From positions 1 to 64,000 of the forward strand of contig JBOEGF010000016.1 of the NCBI GenBank assembly GCA_050633305.1: 64,000 nt of DNA, written 5' to 3'. The notes under the pieces are model-generated. The model was given only the letters and a program-made list of their open reading frames with translations. It was not told the origin of the DNA and searched no databases. Source of the stretch: Nannocystales bacterium. Lineage in GTDB: Bacteria > Myxococcota_A > Polyangia > Nannocystales > Nannocystaceae. The translations under genes were made by a program, and so were the position numbers. Positions 20,632-30,090 of this stretch are shown one piece after another (position 1 is the stretch's first letter; each line of letters starts with the position of its first letter).

Positions 20632-21759
20632 TCAGCAGACGATGCAGCCTAGCCCGGCCAGCTTGTTACTGATCTCCGCCGTCACCAGATCCATGAACGC
20701 CGCGAATCCGTAGATCGTTCCCGCGCCGTCGGGGTCGGGGCACGCGGCGTTGCTGGCTTCGAGCGTCACGGTGACGCTCGAGGCGTCGAGCACCAACTCG
20801 ACGCGCTGGGCGATGGTCACCGACGTGCTTCCGTCTCCGACGTCGGACCACGAGAGCTGCGCGGAACTGGAGAACACGACGCTGTCCGCGTTCTGGGCCA
20901 CGTACATGCCAGTCCCGGCTGGACCGCAGAAGACCGGGCCACCGTAGATCAAGTAGTCGAAAGGTTCCTCGCGTAGCGTGTCTTCGAGCAGGCTCTGGTT
21001 GGGGCCCTTGGCGATGCAGTCGGAGACCTGCTGCTCGATGTCCTCAGGGAGCGTGGGGACGAAGGTGCCACTGACCGAGCGGAGCACGACGTCTCCTGTC
21101 TCGCTCCGGTACAAGCGGGGCGCGATCACGTCCCGCGACACCGTCCACACACTCATGTCCCTTCGAGACGTGTTGAAGGTGTTGGGGGTTGGGCTGGTGA
21201 CGTGCTGGCAGAGGTTACCACCCCCGGTGAACCACTCGTCGGCCGCAATGGGGAACAGGTCAGGGTGAAGCTCGAAGTAGGCGAACACTGCGTCGAGCAG
21301 CGGTTCGTCGTCGGGACAGTCGAGCACCACGTCGAGGTCGGAGACGGCGCTGAAGGTGCCGCGGTCCGCGTTCCACGTCATCGTGGCTTCGGGCGCGATC
21401 AGATCGAGTTCGGCTTGTGCGGCTGCCTGTGCCCCGGCATCGGCCTCCCAAGAGATCGGGTAGTCGCACTCTGGCAGGACCGGTCCGCCCGTCGTCCCGC
21501 TGGTGTCGGAGCCCGAGTCGTTGCTGGCCCCTGTCGTCCCGTTCGTCGTGCCCGTGGTGGAGGGCGCACTTGTGCTGGTCGCGGGCGACCCTGATTCGCC
21601 GCTGCCCGTCCCGTCGGCGGCGGTGGTGCTGGATGGGCCTGTGCTCGTGGAGCCGATCGCGGTCGTGCTCCCGGTCGCGTCCCCGCTGGCGGTGCCTACG
21701 TCGTCGCCGCACGCCGCGGATCCGATGATGAGAGAGAGCGTCAACCCGACACGCGACAT
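20632..21759 (-). CDS. Hypothetical lipoprotein
   Basis: LIIGSAA-C-GDD lipobox, T/S/G linker. Confidence 0.75.
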   Translation of the reverse strand: MSRVGLTLSLIIGSAACGDDVGTASGDATGSTTAIGSTSTGPSSTTAADGTGSGESGSPATSTSAPSTTGTTNGTTGASNDSGSDTSGTTGGPVLPECDYPISWEADAGAQAAAQAELDLIAPEATMTWNADRGTFSAVSDLDVVLDCPDDEPLLDAVFAYFELHPDLFPIAADEWFTGGGNLCQHVTSPTPNTFNTSRRDMSVWTVSRDVIAPRLYRSETGDVVLRSVSGTFVPTLPEDIEQQVSDCIAKGPNQSLLEDTLREEPFDYLIYGGPVFCGPAGTGMYVAQNADSVVFSSSAQLSWSDVGDGSTSVTIAQRVELVLDASSVTVTLEASNAACPDPDGAGTIYGFAAFMDLVTAEISNKLAGLGCIVC

Positions 21760-21854
21760 GCCCTACGGTAGCCGCTCGCGGGATTGCGCGCCAGACACGC
21801 TCGGCGGGATGGGTCTGCATGACAACCGGCCAGGAACCCTGCAGTCTTTCGGGG

Positions 21855-23573
21855 ATGCGTCGTCGTTGCACTCGCTGGACCCTCCCCGCATTGCTGTGCA
21901 CCGGGCTCGTTGCATGCGGCGATGACTCGGACGTTGGCGGGGACACCGAGGGAGGCTCTTCGACCGGCGTGTCGAATGAAACGGCGCCGGGCTCCACCGA
22001 CCCTACGCCGGGGTCCTCGGAGACGGACAGCACAGCGCAGTCGAGCACGTCGGGCCCGCTGGACACGACATCGACGGGCCCCTCCGACGACACGAGCAGT
22101 GGAGACCCCACGGGCCCCGATGTTCCGGTCGTCGACTGCGAAAACTTTCCCAGCAGCATCGACGCGGACTCTCTGATGGCTCACCTCGCAGAGCTTCAGG
22201 CGATTGGGGATGAGCACGGGAATCGCTCGGTCGGAACCCCGGGGTACGATGCCTCGGCCGACTACGTTCGCGCTCGGTTGGCCTCCGTGGGGTACGACAC
22301 CGCCGTGGACCAAGACTTCGAGGCCACCGTCTTCGAAGAGCTCTCCCTCACCTCGTTCAGCTCCTCGGCCCCAGTCGGCCAGACGTATGTGGTCGAGGAA
22401 GACTTCTACACCGCGCGGTACTCGGGCGCAGGCACCGTGACCGCGGAGGTCGTTGCGATCGACGTCAACCTCAACGGGAACAACGACAACAACAGCGCAT
22501 GCCAGCCGGACGACTTCAACGGCTTTCCACCCGGTGCCATCGCGTTGATCCAGCGGGGATCGTGCACGTTCATCAACAAGGTCAACCGCGCGGCCGAGGC
22601 AGGCGCTTCCGGCGTGATCCTGTTCAACCAGGGCGGAAACGACAACCGCCTCGATGCCTTCTTGGCCGGCATCGACCCCGACAACAAAAACAACCCGCCC
22701 ACGGTGGTCACCTCTTATGCGGTCGGGGCGGCGCTCGCTCAAGCGGTCGGTGTCGAAGCGACCATCGACGTCGATGCCATCACCGAAGAGCGCTCGACAC
22801 GAAACATCCTGGTGGAGCGTGTCGGCACGGACCCCAGCCAGGTGGTGATGTTTGGGGCCCACCTCGACTCCGTGGCCGCCGGTCCAGGGATCAACGACAA
22901 CGGCACCGGGAGCATGGCGATGCTCGCGATCGCCGAGCGCCTGGCGCAGTGCGACCCCGCGCGAACGGTGCGGTTCGCATGGTGGGGGGCCGAGGAGATC
23001 GGACTTGTCGGCTCGCGTCACTACGTGGAAAACCTCCCCGAGTCCGAGCGCGAGTCACTGATGTTCTATCTGAACTTCGACATGATCGGCTCGCCCAACT
23101 TCGTTCGTTTCGTGCACGACGGCGATGGGTCCCGCTATGGAAACGCGGGCGCACCAGGGTCCGACGCGCTCGAGTTGTTCTTCCACGAGTATTTCGAGGC
23201 CCAGGGCCTGCCCGTGACCGAGGCTCGTTTCGATGGTCGCTCCGACTATGGGCCGTTCCTCGACGCCGACATTCCAACCGGGGGGTTGTTCACGGGTGCG
23301 GAGGGCAGCAAGTCCGGACAGGAAGTCGAGCTCTACGGGGGTGAGCAGGGCGAGGCCTACGACGCCTGTTATCACCTCGCGTGCGATGTGGACGAGACGA
23401 TCGCCGTCGAGGAGTACGCCCGCGTTGCGACCTCGGTGGCGACCGCTGTAAGCCGGTTTGGCATCGAGGGCGACGGCTTGTTCTCTGCATTGGCCGAGGC
23501 GCCCACTGTCACGCTCGAGCACGCGCCCGTGTCGTCGGACGCGGCCTGTGGCCACGAGCTGCTGCTCGAGTAG
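21855..23573 (+). CDS. M28-family aminopeptidase with PA domain, lipoprotein
   Basis: GLVA-C-GDD; RSVGTPGY; IALIQRGSC PA domain; GAHLDSV, GINDNGTG, WGAEEIG, LNFDMIGS, CYH. Confidence 0.92.
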   Translation: MRRRCTRWTLPALLCTGLVACGDDSDVGGDTEGGSSTGVSNETAPGSTDPTPGSSETDSTAQSSTSGPLDTTSTGPSDDTSSGDPTGPDVPVVDCENFPSSIDADSLMAHLAELQAIGDEHGNRSVGTPGYDASADYVRARLASVGYDTAVDQDFEATVFEELSLTSFSSSAPVGQTYVVEEDFYTARYSGAGTVTAEVVAIDVNLNGNNDNNSACQPDDFNGFPPGAIALIQRGSCTFINKVNRAAEAGASGVILFNQGGNDNRLDAFLAGIDPDNKNNPPTVVTSYAVGAALAQAVGVEATIDVDAITEERSTRNILVERVGTDPSQVVMFGAHLDSVAAGPGINDNGTGSMAMLAIAERLAQCDPARTVRFAWWGAEEIGLVGSRHYVENLPESERESLMFYLNFDMIGSPNFVRFVHDGDGSRYGNAGAPGSDALELFFHEYFEAQGLPVTEARFDGRSDYGPFLDADIPTGGLFTGAEGSKSGQEVELYGGEQGEAYDACYHLACDVDETIAVEEYARVATSVATAVSRFGIEGDGLFSALAEAPTVTLEHAPVSSDAACGHELLLE

Positions 23574-23602
23574 CGGCCGGGCCCATTCCGGAACGGGGGC
23601 CG

Positions 23603-26600
23603 TCACAGACCTGGCTTGACTTGGCGGAGCCAGGTCTCGGCACGCTTGACCTCCGCCGGGTCGGCATCGTCGCGGGCCTTGAGCTTCTTCAGCGCGGCCT
23701 CGACATCGGCGATGGCTTCTTCCTTGTCGGGAGTCGTCTTCCAGCGCAGACGGCCGAGGTCGATCTCGATCACCGGAGCCCATGATGCGTGGAAGTTGTT
23801 GGACGGGGCGAGTTTGAGCGCCAGGTTCAGGCTTGTCTCGGCGAGTTCGGGGCTACCCGCGAGCAAGTTGGCGCGTCCGTACACCGTATGAAGTGCGATG
23901 ATCGTCCCGGTGGGTACATCGTCTCGGTCCTTGGTCTCCTCGACCCACGGCGCGGCCAACTCGATGGTTCTGATGTAGTCCCCTTGCTCGAGGGCCGTCT
24001 GCGCGTGCTCGACTCGAACGGTGATCGTGTCGGGATGCTTGGGGCCGAGGATTCTGGCTTGCGCGTCGGCTGCGGCTTCGAATGAATCCAGAGCCTCCTT
24101 GAAACGACCCGCCGTCCCCGCAACGCCCCCTTGGAGTCGATAGGTGGAGACGAGGAACGGGCTCTTTGGGCCACCGTGCGCCCGGTAGATCTCGATCGCC
24201 TCGTCCAAGAGCGGAGGGATTGCATCGAGTTTGTTCGCGCTGAAGAGCAACACGCTCCTGTTGAGCAGCGTGTGCCCGATTTGGATGTGTGTCTTGGGAA
24301 GGTGGGCCCGTCGGATCTCGAGGACGTTCTGGCTCAACTCGATGGCCTCGTCCAAGGGTCCGCCTTGTTGCCGCAGGACGAGCGCGAGGTTCTCCATGCC
24401 GAGGGCGGTCCCGAGGGTTTGCTCGCCCCCCGTCGCGAACGACAGGCGTGCGTGTTCCTCCGCCTCTTCGAGCTTGTTCGCCGAGATCAGCGCGGCGGCC
24501 AAGTTGCTGTGTGCACCACGGGTGGTGGGATGCAGCGGGCCCAGGCCTTCTTCGCGGGCTTGGAGCACCTCCCTGGCGAGGCGGACTGCGTCATCGATCC
24601 GGCCGAGGCGGTCGTAGATGCTAAAGAGCGCCTGCTTCGCGTCGAGCGTGGTGGTTCCATAGGGACCGAGCTCGGATTCGAAGACGCTGAGGGCCTGCTC
24701 GGCCAGCGAGAGCGCATCCTGGTAGTTGCCCGCCGCAAACTCGAGCCGGGCCTTCTGGATGTCGAGCCGGGCCTGCTCGACGGGTTGTTCGAGAGGATCG
24801 ACCAGAACCTGTGCGTGACGTGCCCACAGCCTCCCGGTCTTGGCGTCGGCGAGCCGGTTTCCGTGGGCGGCAACCAGAGAGCGAGCAGCCCTCGTCGCAA
24901 GGGTGTCGAAGGAGAGGTCCTTGGATTCGAAGTAGGCGTCCTCCAGGGTCTTTGCGCCTTTGTCGAACTCGTCGAGTTGCAGCAGGCCCGCTCCAAGCTC
25001 GAATCGAGCCGAAGCGGCGATGTGGCGTTCCTCCGCCTCGAGGGCGGACTCGATGAGTGCCTCCTGAAGCTCGGTGGCATCCGCAAACTCTCCCGCCCGT
25101 CGCAGCGCCCGTCCAAGGTCGAAGTCCTGGCGGAGCTGTTCCTGACGAACCCGACGCGCCGGGTCGGTTGAGACCGGAGGCGCGCGTCGGAGCCATTCCC
25201 CCTCGGCGCAGACCTGCGAATCGACCTCCACGAGTTCGGTCGCTCGTTGAATCACCCCAGGGGAGGGGTCGGAGAGAACACCCACCAACGTTTCGACTCT
25301 CCGCCGCCGCGTCTCGAAACACGAGTCTTGGACCGCGCGGAGGCGGGGCTCGAGCTGAGTGCGGGACATGCAGGTCGACAGACGAAGCGACGCCCACGCC
25401 TGTGCTTCTTCATCGAGCCGAGCCTCGGTGCGAGACCATGTGGCCGCGGCATAGGAAAGGGAGCTGCGGTCGAAGGCGTCCGCGAGTGTCTGACGTTGCT
25501 CGGCTCCCCAGACCTCGTCGAGCGCGGACGACTCGTCGGCGCAAGCTGCGTGGAGCCGTTGGTCCTGAAACAGTGTGATGCCGTAGACCGAGGCGACTGT
25601 CAGCACGACCCCTCCCAGGCCCGCGGCGAGCCACCGACGCCTCGATGGGTTGTCATGCAGGGCGTCGACCAGCGCGGTGATGGTGGGCCAACGCGCAGCC
25701 GGATCGGCTTCGAGGCCCCGGACGACGGCCTCTCGCACCCACTTGGGGACCGCGTCCCCCGGAGGCGCAGGCTGCAGGTCGCCGTAGACGGCGGCGGCGA
25801 GAAGCTCAGGGGCGCTGCTGCCGACGAAGGGTCGAGAACCGTACAGGGCTTCGTACAGCGTGACGCAAAAGCTGAACTGGTCGGCGTGTTGGTCGGCCGT
25901 CCCCGTGTGCTGTTCGGGGGCCATGTACGCGGGCGTCCCCATCATGGTTCCGGTCCGCGTCAGGGAATCGAGATCGACCGATGCGGCTAGAGACGAACTC
26001 GTCGATGCTTCGAACTCGGCGGACTCCTCTTGGGCGGAAGGTGCGGTGGCGAGCCCGAAGTCCATGACCACGACGCGCCGATCTTCGGGTGGCCCGGTCA
26101 GCATCACGTTGTCGGGCTTGAAGTCCCGGTGCGTCATGTCTTTGGCATGTGCGGCGACCAGGCCATGCGCTGCCGCGGTCAGGACCTCGATCACCTCGTG
26201 CCAAGGGTGAGGGCCCTGGGCGATCCACGCCGCGAGCGTGATGCCGTCGACGTACTCCATCGCGAGGAACACCCGGCCCTCGTGTTCACCCACGTCATGC
26301 ACGGTCACGACGTTGGTGTGGTTGAGCTGGGCGAGGGCTTGGGCTTCTCGAATGAGTCGTGCCCGACCACGGGAGGCCCTCGAGACCCCGCCCCGCGGGT
26401 TGAGCAGCTTGAGGGCGACCCGACGGTCGAGCTCGGGATCGTAGGCGGAATAGACGACCCCCATGCCGCCAGCGCCGAGTTTGTCGACGATGACGTAGCG
26501 GCCGACGACTTCACCACGAGCCAGATTGCGGGGCTCGGCGAAGCGGGGACTCGTCCCCTCTGCACCGTGCAAACTGCCGAGCTCGGTGTCTTCCACTCGA

Positions 26601-26605
26601 ACCAA
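23603..26605 (-). CDS. Ser/Thr kinase with TM helix and extracytoplasmic TPR repeats
   Basis: LGAGGMGVV, VALKLL, HRDFKPDN, DFG, GTPAYMAPEQ; LGPLHP-type TPR repeats. Confidence 0.92.
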   Translation of the reverse strand: MVRVEDTELGSLHGAEGTSPRFAEPRNLARGEVVGRYVIVDKLGAGGMGVVYSAYDPELDRRVALKLLNPRGGVSRASRGRARLIREAQALAQLNHTNVVTVHDVGEHEGRVFLAMEYVDGITLAAWIAQGPHPWHEVIEVLTAAAHGLVAAHAKDMTHRDFKPDNVMLTGPPEDRRVVVMDFGLATAPSAQEESAEFEASTSSSLAASVDLDSLTRTGTMMGTPAYMAPEQHTGTADQHADQFSFCVTLYEALYGSRPFVGSSAPELLAAAVYGDLQPAPPGDAVPKWVREAVVRGLEADPAARWPTITALVDALHDNPSRRRWLAAGLGGVVLTVASVYGITLFQDQRLHAACADESSALDEVWGAEQRQTLADAFDRSSLSYAAATWSRTEARLDEEAQAWASLRLSTCMSRTQLEPRLRAVQDSCFETRRRRVETLVGVLSDPSPGVIQRATELVEVDSQVCAEGEWLRRAPPVSTDPARRVRQEQLRQDFDLGRALRRAGEFADATELQEALIESALEAEERHIAASARFELGAGLLQLDEFDKGAKTLEDAYFESKDLSFDTLATRAARSLVAAHGNRLADAKTGRLWARHAQVLVDPLEQPVEQARLDIQKARLEFAAGNYQDALSLAEQALSVFESELGPYGTTTLDAKQALFSIYDRLGRIDDAVRLAREVLQAREEGLGPLHPTTRGAHSNLAAALISANKLEEAEEHARLSFATGGEQTLGTALGMENLALVLRQQGGPLDEAIELSQNVLEIRRAHLPKTHIQIGHTLLNRSVLLFSANKLDAIPPLLDEAIEIYRAHGGPKSPFLVSTYRLQGGVAGTAGRFKEALDSFEAAADAQARILGPKHPDTITVRVEHAQTALEQGDYIRTIELAAPWVEETKDRDDVPTGTIIALHTVYGRANLLAGSPELAETSLNLALKLAPSNNFHASWAPVIEIDLGRLRWKTTPDKEEAIADVEAALKKLKARDDADPAEVKRAETWLRQVKPGL

Positions 26606-26650
26606 GACTACCGCACCAGGGGGGCCCGAGGCTGTCGTATAAGCCTCGGT

Positions 26651-27646
26651 ATGCGCCGCATCGCCCTCGCTCTTTCAGCCGTTGCTCTCTTCGCGGGCTG
26701 CGACAAGTCCACGGCCACCACGCCTCCGGCGTCCGATACCGCAGCCGCTCCTGCGCAAGGCGCGAGTGAAGCCGAAGGCGATGCGCCTGCGGTGGACAAG
26801 CGTCTCGCCGCCGCCGAAGCGAAGGCCGCCGAGAAGCTGAAGCGGTGGACGCCTGAGCTACAGGCCACGGCGCAGACGCTGCGTGAGACCGATTGGGAGT
26901 CGACCGGCCAGGGTCTCGACACGATCCTCGCGAGCGCTCACCGGGCGCCGGGCAACGCCGAGCGCGACACCGCGCGACACCCCAAAGAGACGCTCGAGTT
27001 CTTTGGCCTCACCCCTGCGATGCATGTGTACGAAGTTGGCCAGGGCGCGGGCTGGTATACCGAGATCCTCGCGCCGCTGCTCGCCAAGAAAGGCAAGCTG
27101 TACCTCGCGGGCTACGACACGAACTCGGAGGACCCGAAGATCCAATCCGCCGGCAAGCAAGCCGAGCTCTTCCTCAGCGGGTTCGCCAACCTGTACGACG
27201 ACGTCGAACTCGTGGTGCAGCCCGTACCCGAGACCAAGATGGGCGAGCCGGGATCGATGGACATGGTCCTGGTGTTCCGAATGATGCACAACGTCCACCG
27301 CTTCGAGCTGTGGGACGCGTGGATGAAAGCCGCGCACGATGCCCTCAAGCCCGGTGGCGTCTTGGCCGTGGTTCAGCACCGGGCAGCCGACGATGCCAAC
27401 CCGGATGACTCCGCGCCCAAGGGCTACATGCCGGAGCCTTGGCTCATCGAGAAGGTCGAGGGCTACGGCTTCAAGCTCGAGGCGAAGTCCGACATCAACC
27501 AAAACCCCAAGGACACGAAGGACTACGAGGGCGGCGTATGGGAGTTGCCTCCGGCGCTCCAGGCGGACGATGCGAACAAGGACAAGATGCGCGCGATTGG
27601 CGAGAGCGACCGCAGCACGCTGAAGTTCGTCAAGGTTGGCGGCTGA
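26651..27646 (+). CDS. Lipoprotein SAM-dependent methyltransferase-like protein
   Basis: ALFAG-C lipobox; RHPKETLEFFG, EVGQGAGWYTE, LKPGG, IGESDR. Confidence 0.85.
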   Translation: MRRIALALSAVALFAGCDKSTATTPPASDTAAAPAQGASEAEGDAPAVDKRLAAAEAKAAEKLKRWTPELQATAQTLRETDWESTGQGLDTILASAHRAPGNAERDTARHPKETLEFFGLTPAMHVYEVGQGAGWYTEILAPLLAKKGKLYLAGYDTNSEDPKIQSAGKQAELFLSGFANLYDDVELVVQPVPETKMGEPGSMDMVLVFRMMHNVHRFELWDAWMKAAHDALKPGGVLAVVQHRAADDANPDDSAPKGYMPEPWLIEKVEGYGFKLEAKSDINQNPKDTKDYEGGVWELPPALQADDANKDKMRAIGESDRSTLKFVKVGG

Positions 27647-27743
27647 GCTGGCGCCGTTGTGCCTAGCGCGCCGCCCGGTAGGCCCGTTTTTTCGTACGTA
27701 GCGAAGTGTGGGGCCGACCCACACCTGGTACCGTACCGCCCGA

Positions 27744-28184
27744 ATGGGCCTGCCTAACTTTGACAAGATGTGGTCGGCGTATCCGACTGGAACTTCGGAC
27801 GAGGTCAAGCGGATGATCGGTGGCGGTGTTAACGGTGACTGGGTCGCCAACACCTGCGTGATTCGAATCAGCCACTGCTTCAACGAAGCGGGGGTTCCGA
27901 TCCCGAACAACCACCCGGGCCTCACGACGACCTTCGGCGCGAACAAGAAGCGCTACGCGTTTCGGGTCACCGAGTTCAAGCGATACCTCGAGACCAAGTA
28001 CGGAGCCCCGAACGTTCGCGGGACCGCACAGAGTGCCGTTCAGGGGAAGAAGGGCATCATCATGTTCGACGTCCAGGGGTGGTCTGATGCGACCGGTCAC
28101 TTCGACCTTTGGGACGGGAAGAAGTGCGTGGGCTCGGAGTACTTCGACAAGGCCCACGCGATCTATCTGTGGAACGCGTCGTAG
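27744..28184 (+). CDS. Tae4-family (T6SS amidase effector-like) peptidoglycan endopeptidase
   Basis: NTCVIRISHCFN (catalytic Cys), YAFRVTE, GKKGIIMF...WSDATGHFDLWDG (catalytic His); 146 aa; no signal peptide. Confidence 0.88.
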   Translation: MGLPNFDKMWSAYPTGTSDEVKRMIGGGVNGDWVANTCVIRISHCFNEAGVPIPNNHPGLTTTFGANKKRYAFRVTEFKRYLETKYGAPNVRGTAQSAVQGKKGIIMFDVQGWSDATGHFDLWDGKKCVGSEYFDKAHAIYLWNAS

Positions 28185-28189
28185 CGTCC

Positions 28190-28771
28190 ATGCGTACGTT
28201 CATCGCGTCGACGTTCGTCGCCGTGCTCGGCTGCCATTCGCCGTCATCTCCGACGGCGGATACGCCCGACCCTGCGCCGAGCGAGGTCGCAGGCCCGCCG
28301 CAAGAGACAGAGCCTGAAGCAGAGCGACCTTCGAAGTGCACCCCCTTGATGGAGCCGGAGGTCGCGGCCGAGACGTTTGCGCGAGGCCAGGCGAAGATCG
28401 AGGAGAGTCGCGACGGAGAGCATCTCCGTTCGGAACCCTTCGAGCACGGCATCGACGTCCTCGAGGTGGCGGCCAAGAACGGGAGCCTGAAGGCTCAGTC
28501 GCTGTACGGGCGCACGCTGTTTGGCGCGCGTTTTTCGAAGGCCGCTCCGACGGACGAGGAAAAGGATGACTACGTGTCGGCGATCGCTTTCCTCCGTGTC
28601 GCGGCAAAAGCGGGCGACGAGGATGCGGTCGGATACCTGCCCGGCTTGTTGTCCGAGCCCGGGCAACCGGTCGAAGTCCCCCTGGACAGTCTGCCGCCGG
28701 GATGGGTCGCGGAGGCGTTCGAGATGGCCGACGCGTGGATCGACTGTCACGGCCTCCCCGCGGCGGGGTAG
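28190..28771 (+). CDS. Lipoprotein, candidate immunity protein (Sel1-like helices)
   Basis: FVAVLG-C lipobox; starts 5 nt after the amidase stop; AAKNGSLKAQ and AAKAGDEDA resemble Sel1 repeats. Confidence 0.65.
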   Translation: MRTFIASTFVAVLGCHSPSSPTADTPDPAPSEVAGPPQETEPEAERPSKCTPLMEPEVAAETFARGQAKIEESRDGEHLRSEPFEHGIDVLEVAAKNGSLKAQSLYGRTLFGARFSKAAPTDEEKDDYVSAIAFLRVAAKAGDEDAVGYLPGLLSEPGQPVEVPLDSLPPGWVAEAFEMADAWIDCHGLPAAG

Positions 28772-28786
28772 GCCGGGCCGGGCCGA

Positions 28787-29233
28787 CTACTCGAACAGGG
28801 CTTTGTACTGCCCGTACCCCTCATCCTCGAGCTTCGCGACGGGGATGAAGCGCATCGACGCGGAGTTGATGCAGTAGCGAAGGCCGGTGGCCTCGCGCGG
28901 GCCGTCGGGGAAGACGTGTCCCAGGTGACTGTCGGCGTGCTTGGACCGCACCTCGGTACGGGTCATGCCGTGGGTGACGTCGCGGACTTCCTTCACGCCG
29001 TCCATGCCATCGATCGGCTTGGTGAAGCTGGGCCAGCCGGAGCCGGACTCGAACTTGTCGGTGGAGGAGAACAGGGGCTCGCCGCTGACGATGTCGACGT
29101 AGATACCGGGCTCCTTGTTGTTCCAGAACTCGTTGCGGAACGGTGGCTCGGTTCCGCAGGCCTGGGTGACAGCACGCTGCTCCTCGGTGAGGTTGGCCAG
29201 GGCTTCGGGGGTCTTTTCGTAGGTCTTGGACAT
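28787..29233 (-). CDS. msrB: Peptide-methionine (R)-S-oxide reductase, zinc-free type
   Basis: [47 protein letters not shown]. Confidence 0.97.
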   Translation of the reverse strand: MSKTYEKTPEALANLTEEQRAVTQACGTEPPFRNEFWNNKEPGIYVDIVSGEPLFSSTDKFESGSGWPSFTKPIDGMDGVKEVRDVTHGMTRTEVRSKHADSHLGHVFPDGPREATGLRYCINSASMRFIPVAKLEDEGYGQYKALFE

Positions 29234-29306
29234 GGCTGTAGCCTTGGATCAGGCGGCACGACGCGGCTGTGGGGAGCCGGGTTCCGGGCAGGCCTGTGGA
29301 TTCTGT

Positions 29307-29356
29307 CCTCCTCGGCTGCGTCCGGCAATGGGAGCCGGTCCTGCGCGCCGAGGAGG
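29307..29356. other. Long GC-rich hairpin in the msrA-msrB intergenic region
   Basis: CCTCCTCGGC (29307-29316) pairs with GCCGAGGAGG (29347-29356); inner CCGGC/GCCGG stem. Confidence 0.65.
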
Positions 29357-29400
29357 CGAGTGGATGGGTCGGAGGGGACAACGGAACGAGGCGCGTAGGG

Positions 29401-30048
29401 TTACGCCGAGCTCGGTGGGAGGCGAGCGCCGAGCTCGGCCCGGGCACGCCCCTGTAGCTGCAGCAGGGGGAGGTCTCGCTGCAGCTGGGCCGGACTTCCG
29501 TGGCCGCTCACGTAGGCGTTTGCCTTGGCGGCCGCGGTCGATGCGAGAAACGTCTCCTCGTCTGGGTACTGTCCGGCGAGCGCCTCGAACACCGCTGGGG
29601 TTCGCCGCAGCCGCCACTTTTGATGGTAGTCCTCCGCGGAGTAGAACGGCTTGCCGAGCACGATCTCGGTGACGACAGACTCGCCGAGCTCCCGCTGCAA
29701 CGCGCCCGCGGTACGCCGGCCCGCGGCGAGCTGGTTTTCATCGTCGCAGTACAGCCCTGCGCGGTATTGCGACCCCTTGCCGAACGTGGGGTCGTGGCCG
29801 TCCCAGAACAGCGCGAGAAGGTCCTCGTACGAGATCTTGGCTGGGTCGAAGTGGAGCTGCACGGCCTCGGCGTGGTCGCCGATGTCGCGGTAGCTGGGGG
29901 CGGACGTGCTGCCGCCGCAATAGCCCACCTCGGTGCGAACGATACCTTCGAGACCCCCGAACCGGGCGTCGGGCCCCCAGAATCAGCCCAGGGCGAAGGT
30001 GAAACGCGGCAGTATGGAGGGGTTGGGGTGGTCGATGGGCAGGGTCAT
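29401..30048 (-). CDS. msrA: Peptide-methionine (S)-S-oxide reductase, selenocysteine-containing (UGA at codon 22)
   Basis: ATG 30048 reads MTLPIDHPNPSILPRFTFALG-(TGA 29985-29983)-FWGPDARFGGLEGIVRTEVGYCGG, in frame with ORF 29401-29928 (HAEAVQ, HDPT, QYR, FYSAEDYHQK). Confidence 0.9.
29948..29977 (-). promoter_or_regulatory. Putative bacterial SECIS element
   Basis: After the UGA: UUCUGGGGGCCC-GAC-G-CCC-GGUUC-GGG-G-GUC-UC; apical loop starts with G, 19 nt downstream of UGA. Confidence 0.7.
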
Positions 30049-30090
30049 CGGATCCCCAAGTCTGAGGCGTCTTCGACCGCCCGCAACCCC

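Noticed and set aside
27661..27692. GCCTA...TAGGC stem with a T-run as terminator before the Tae4-like gene
   Set aside because: Only a 5-bp stem with a large loop and a gap before the T-run; too weak to call.
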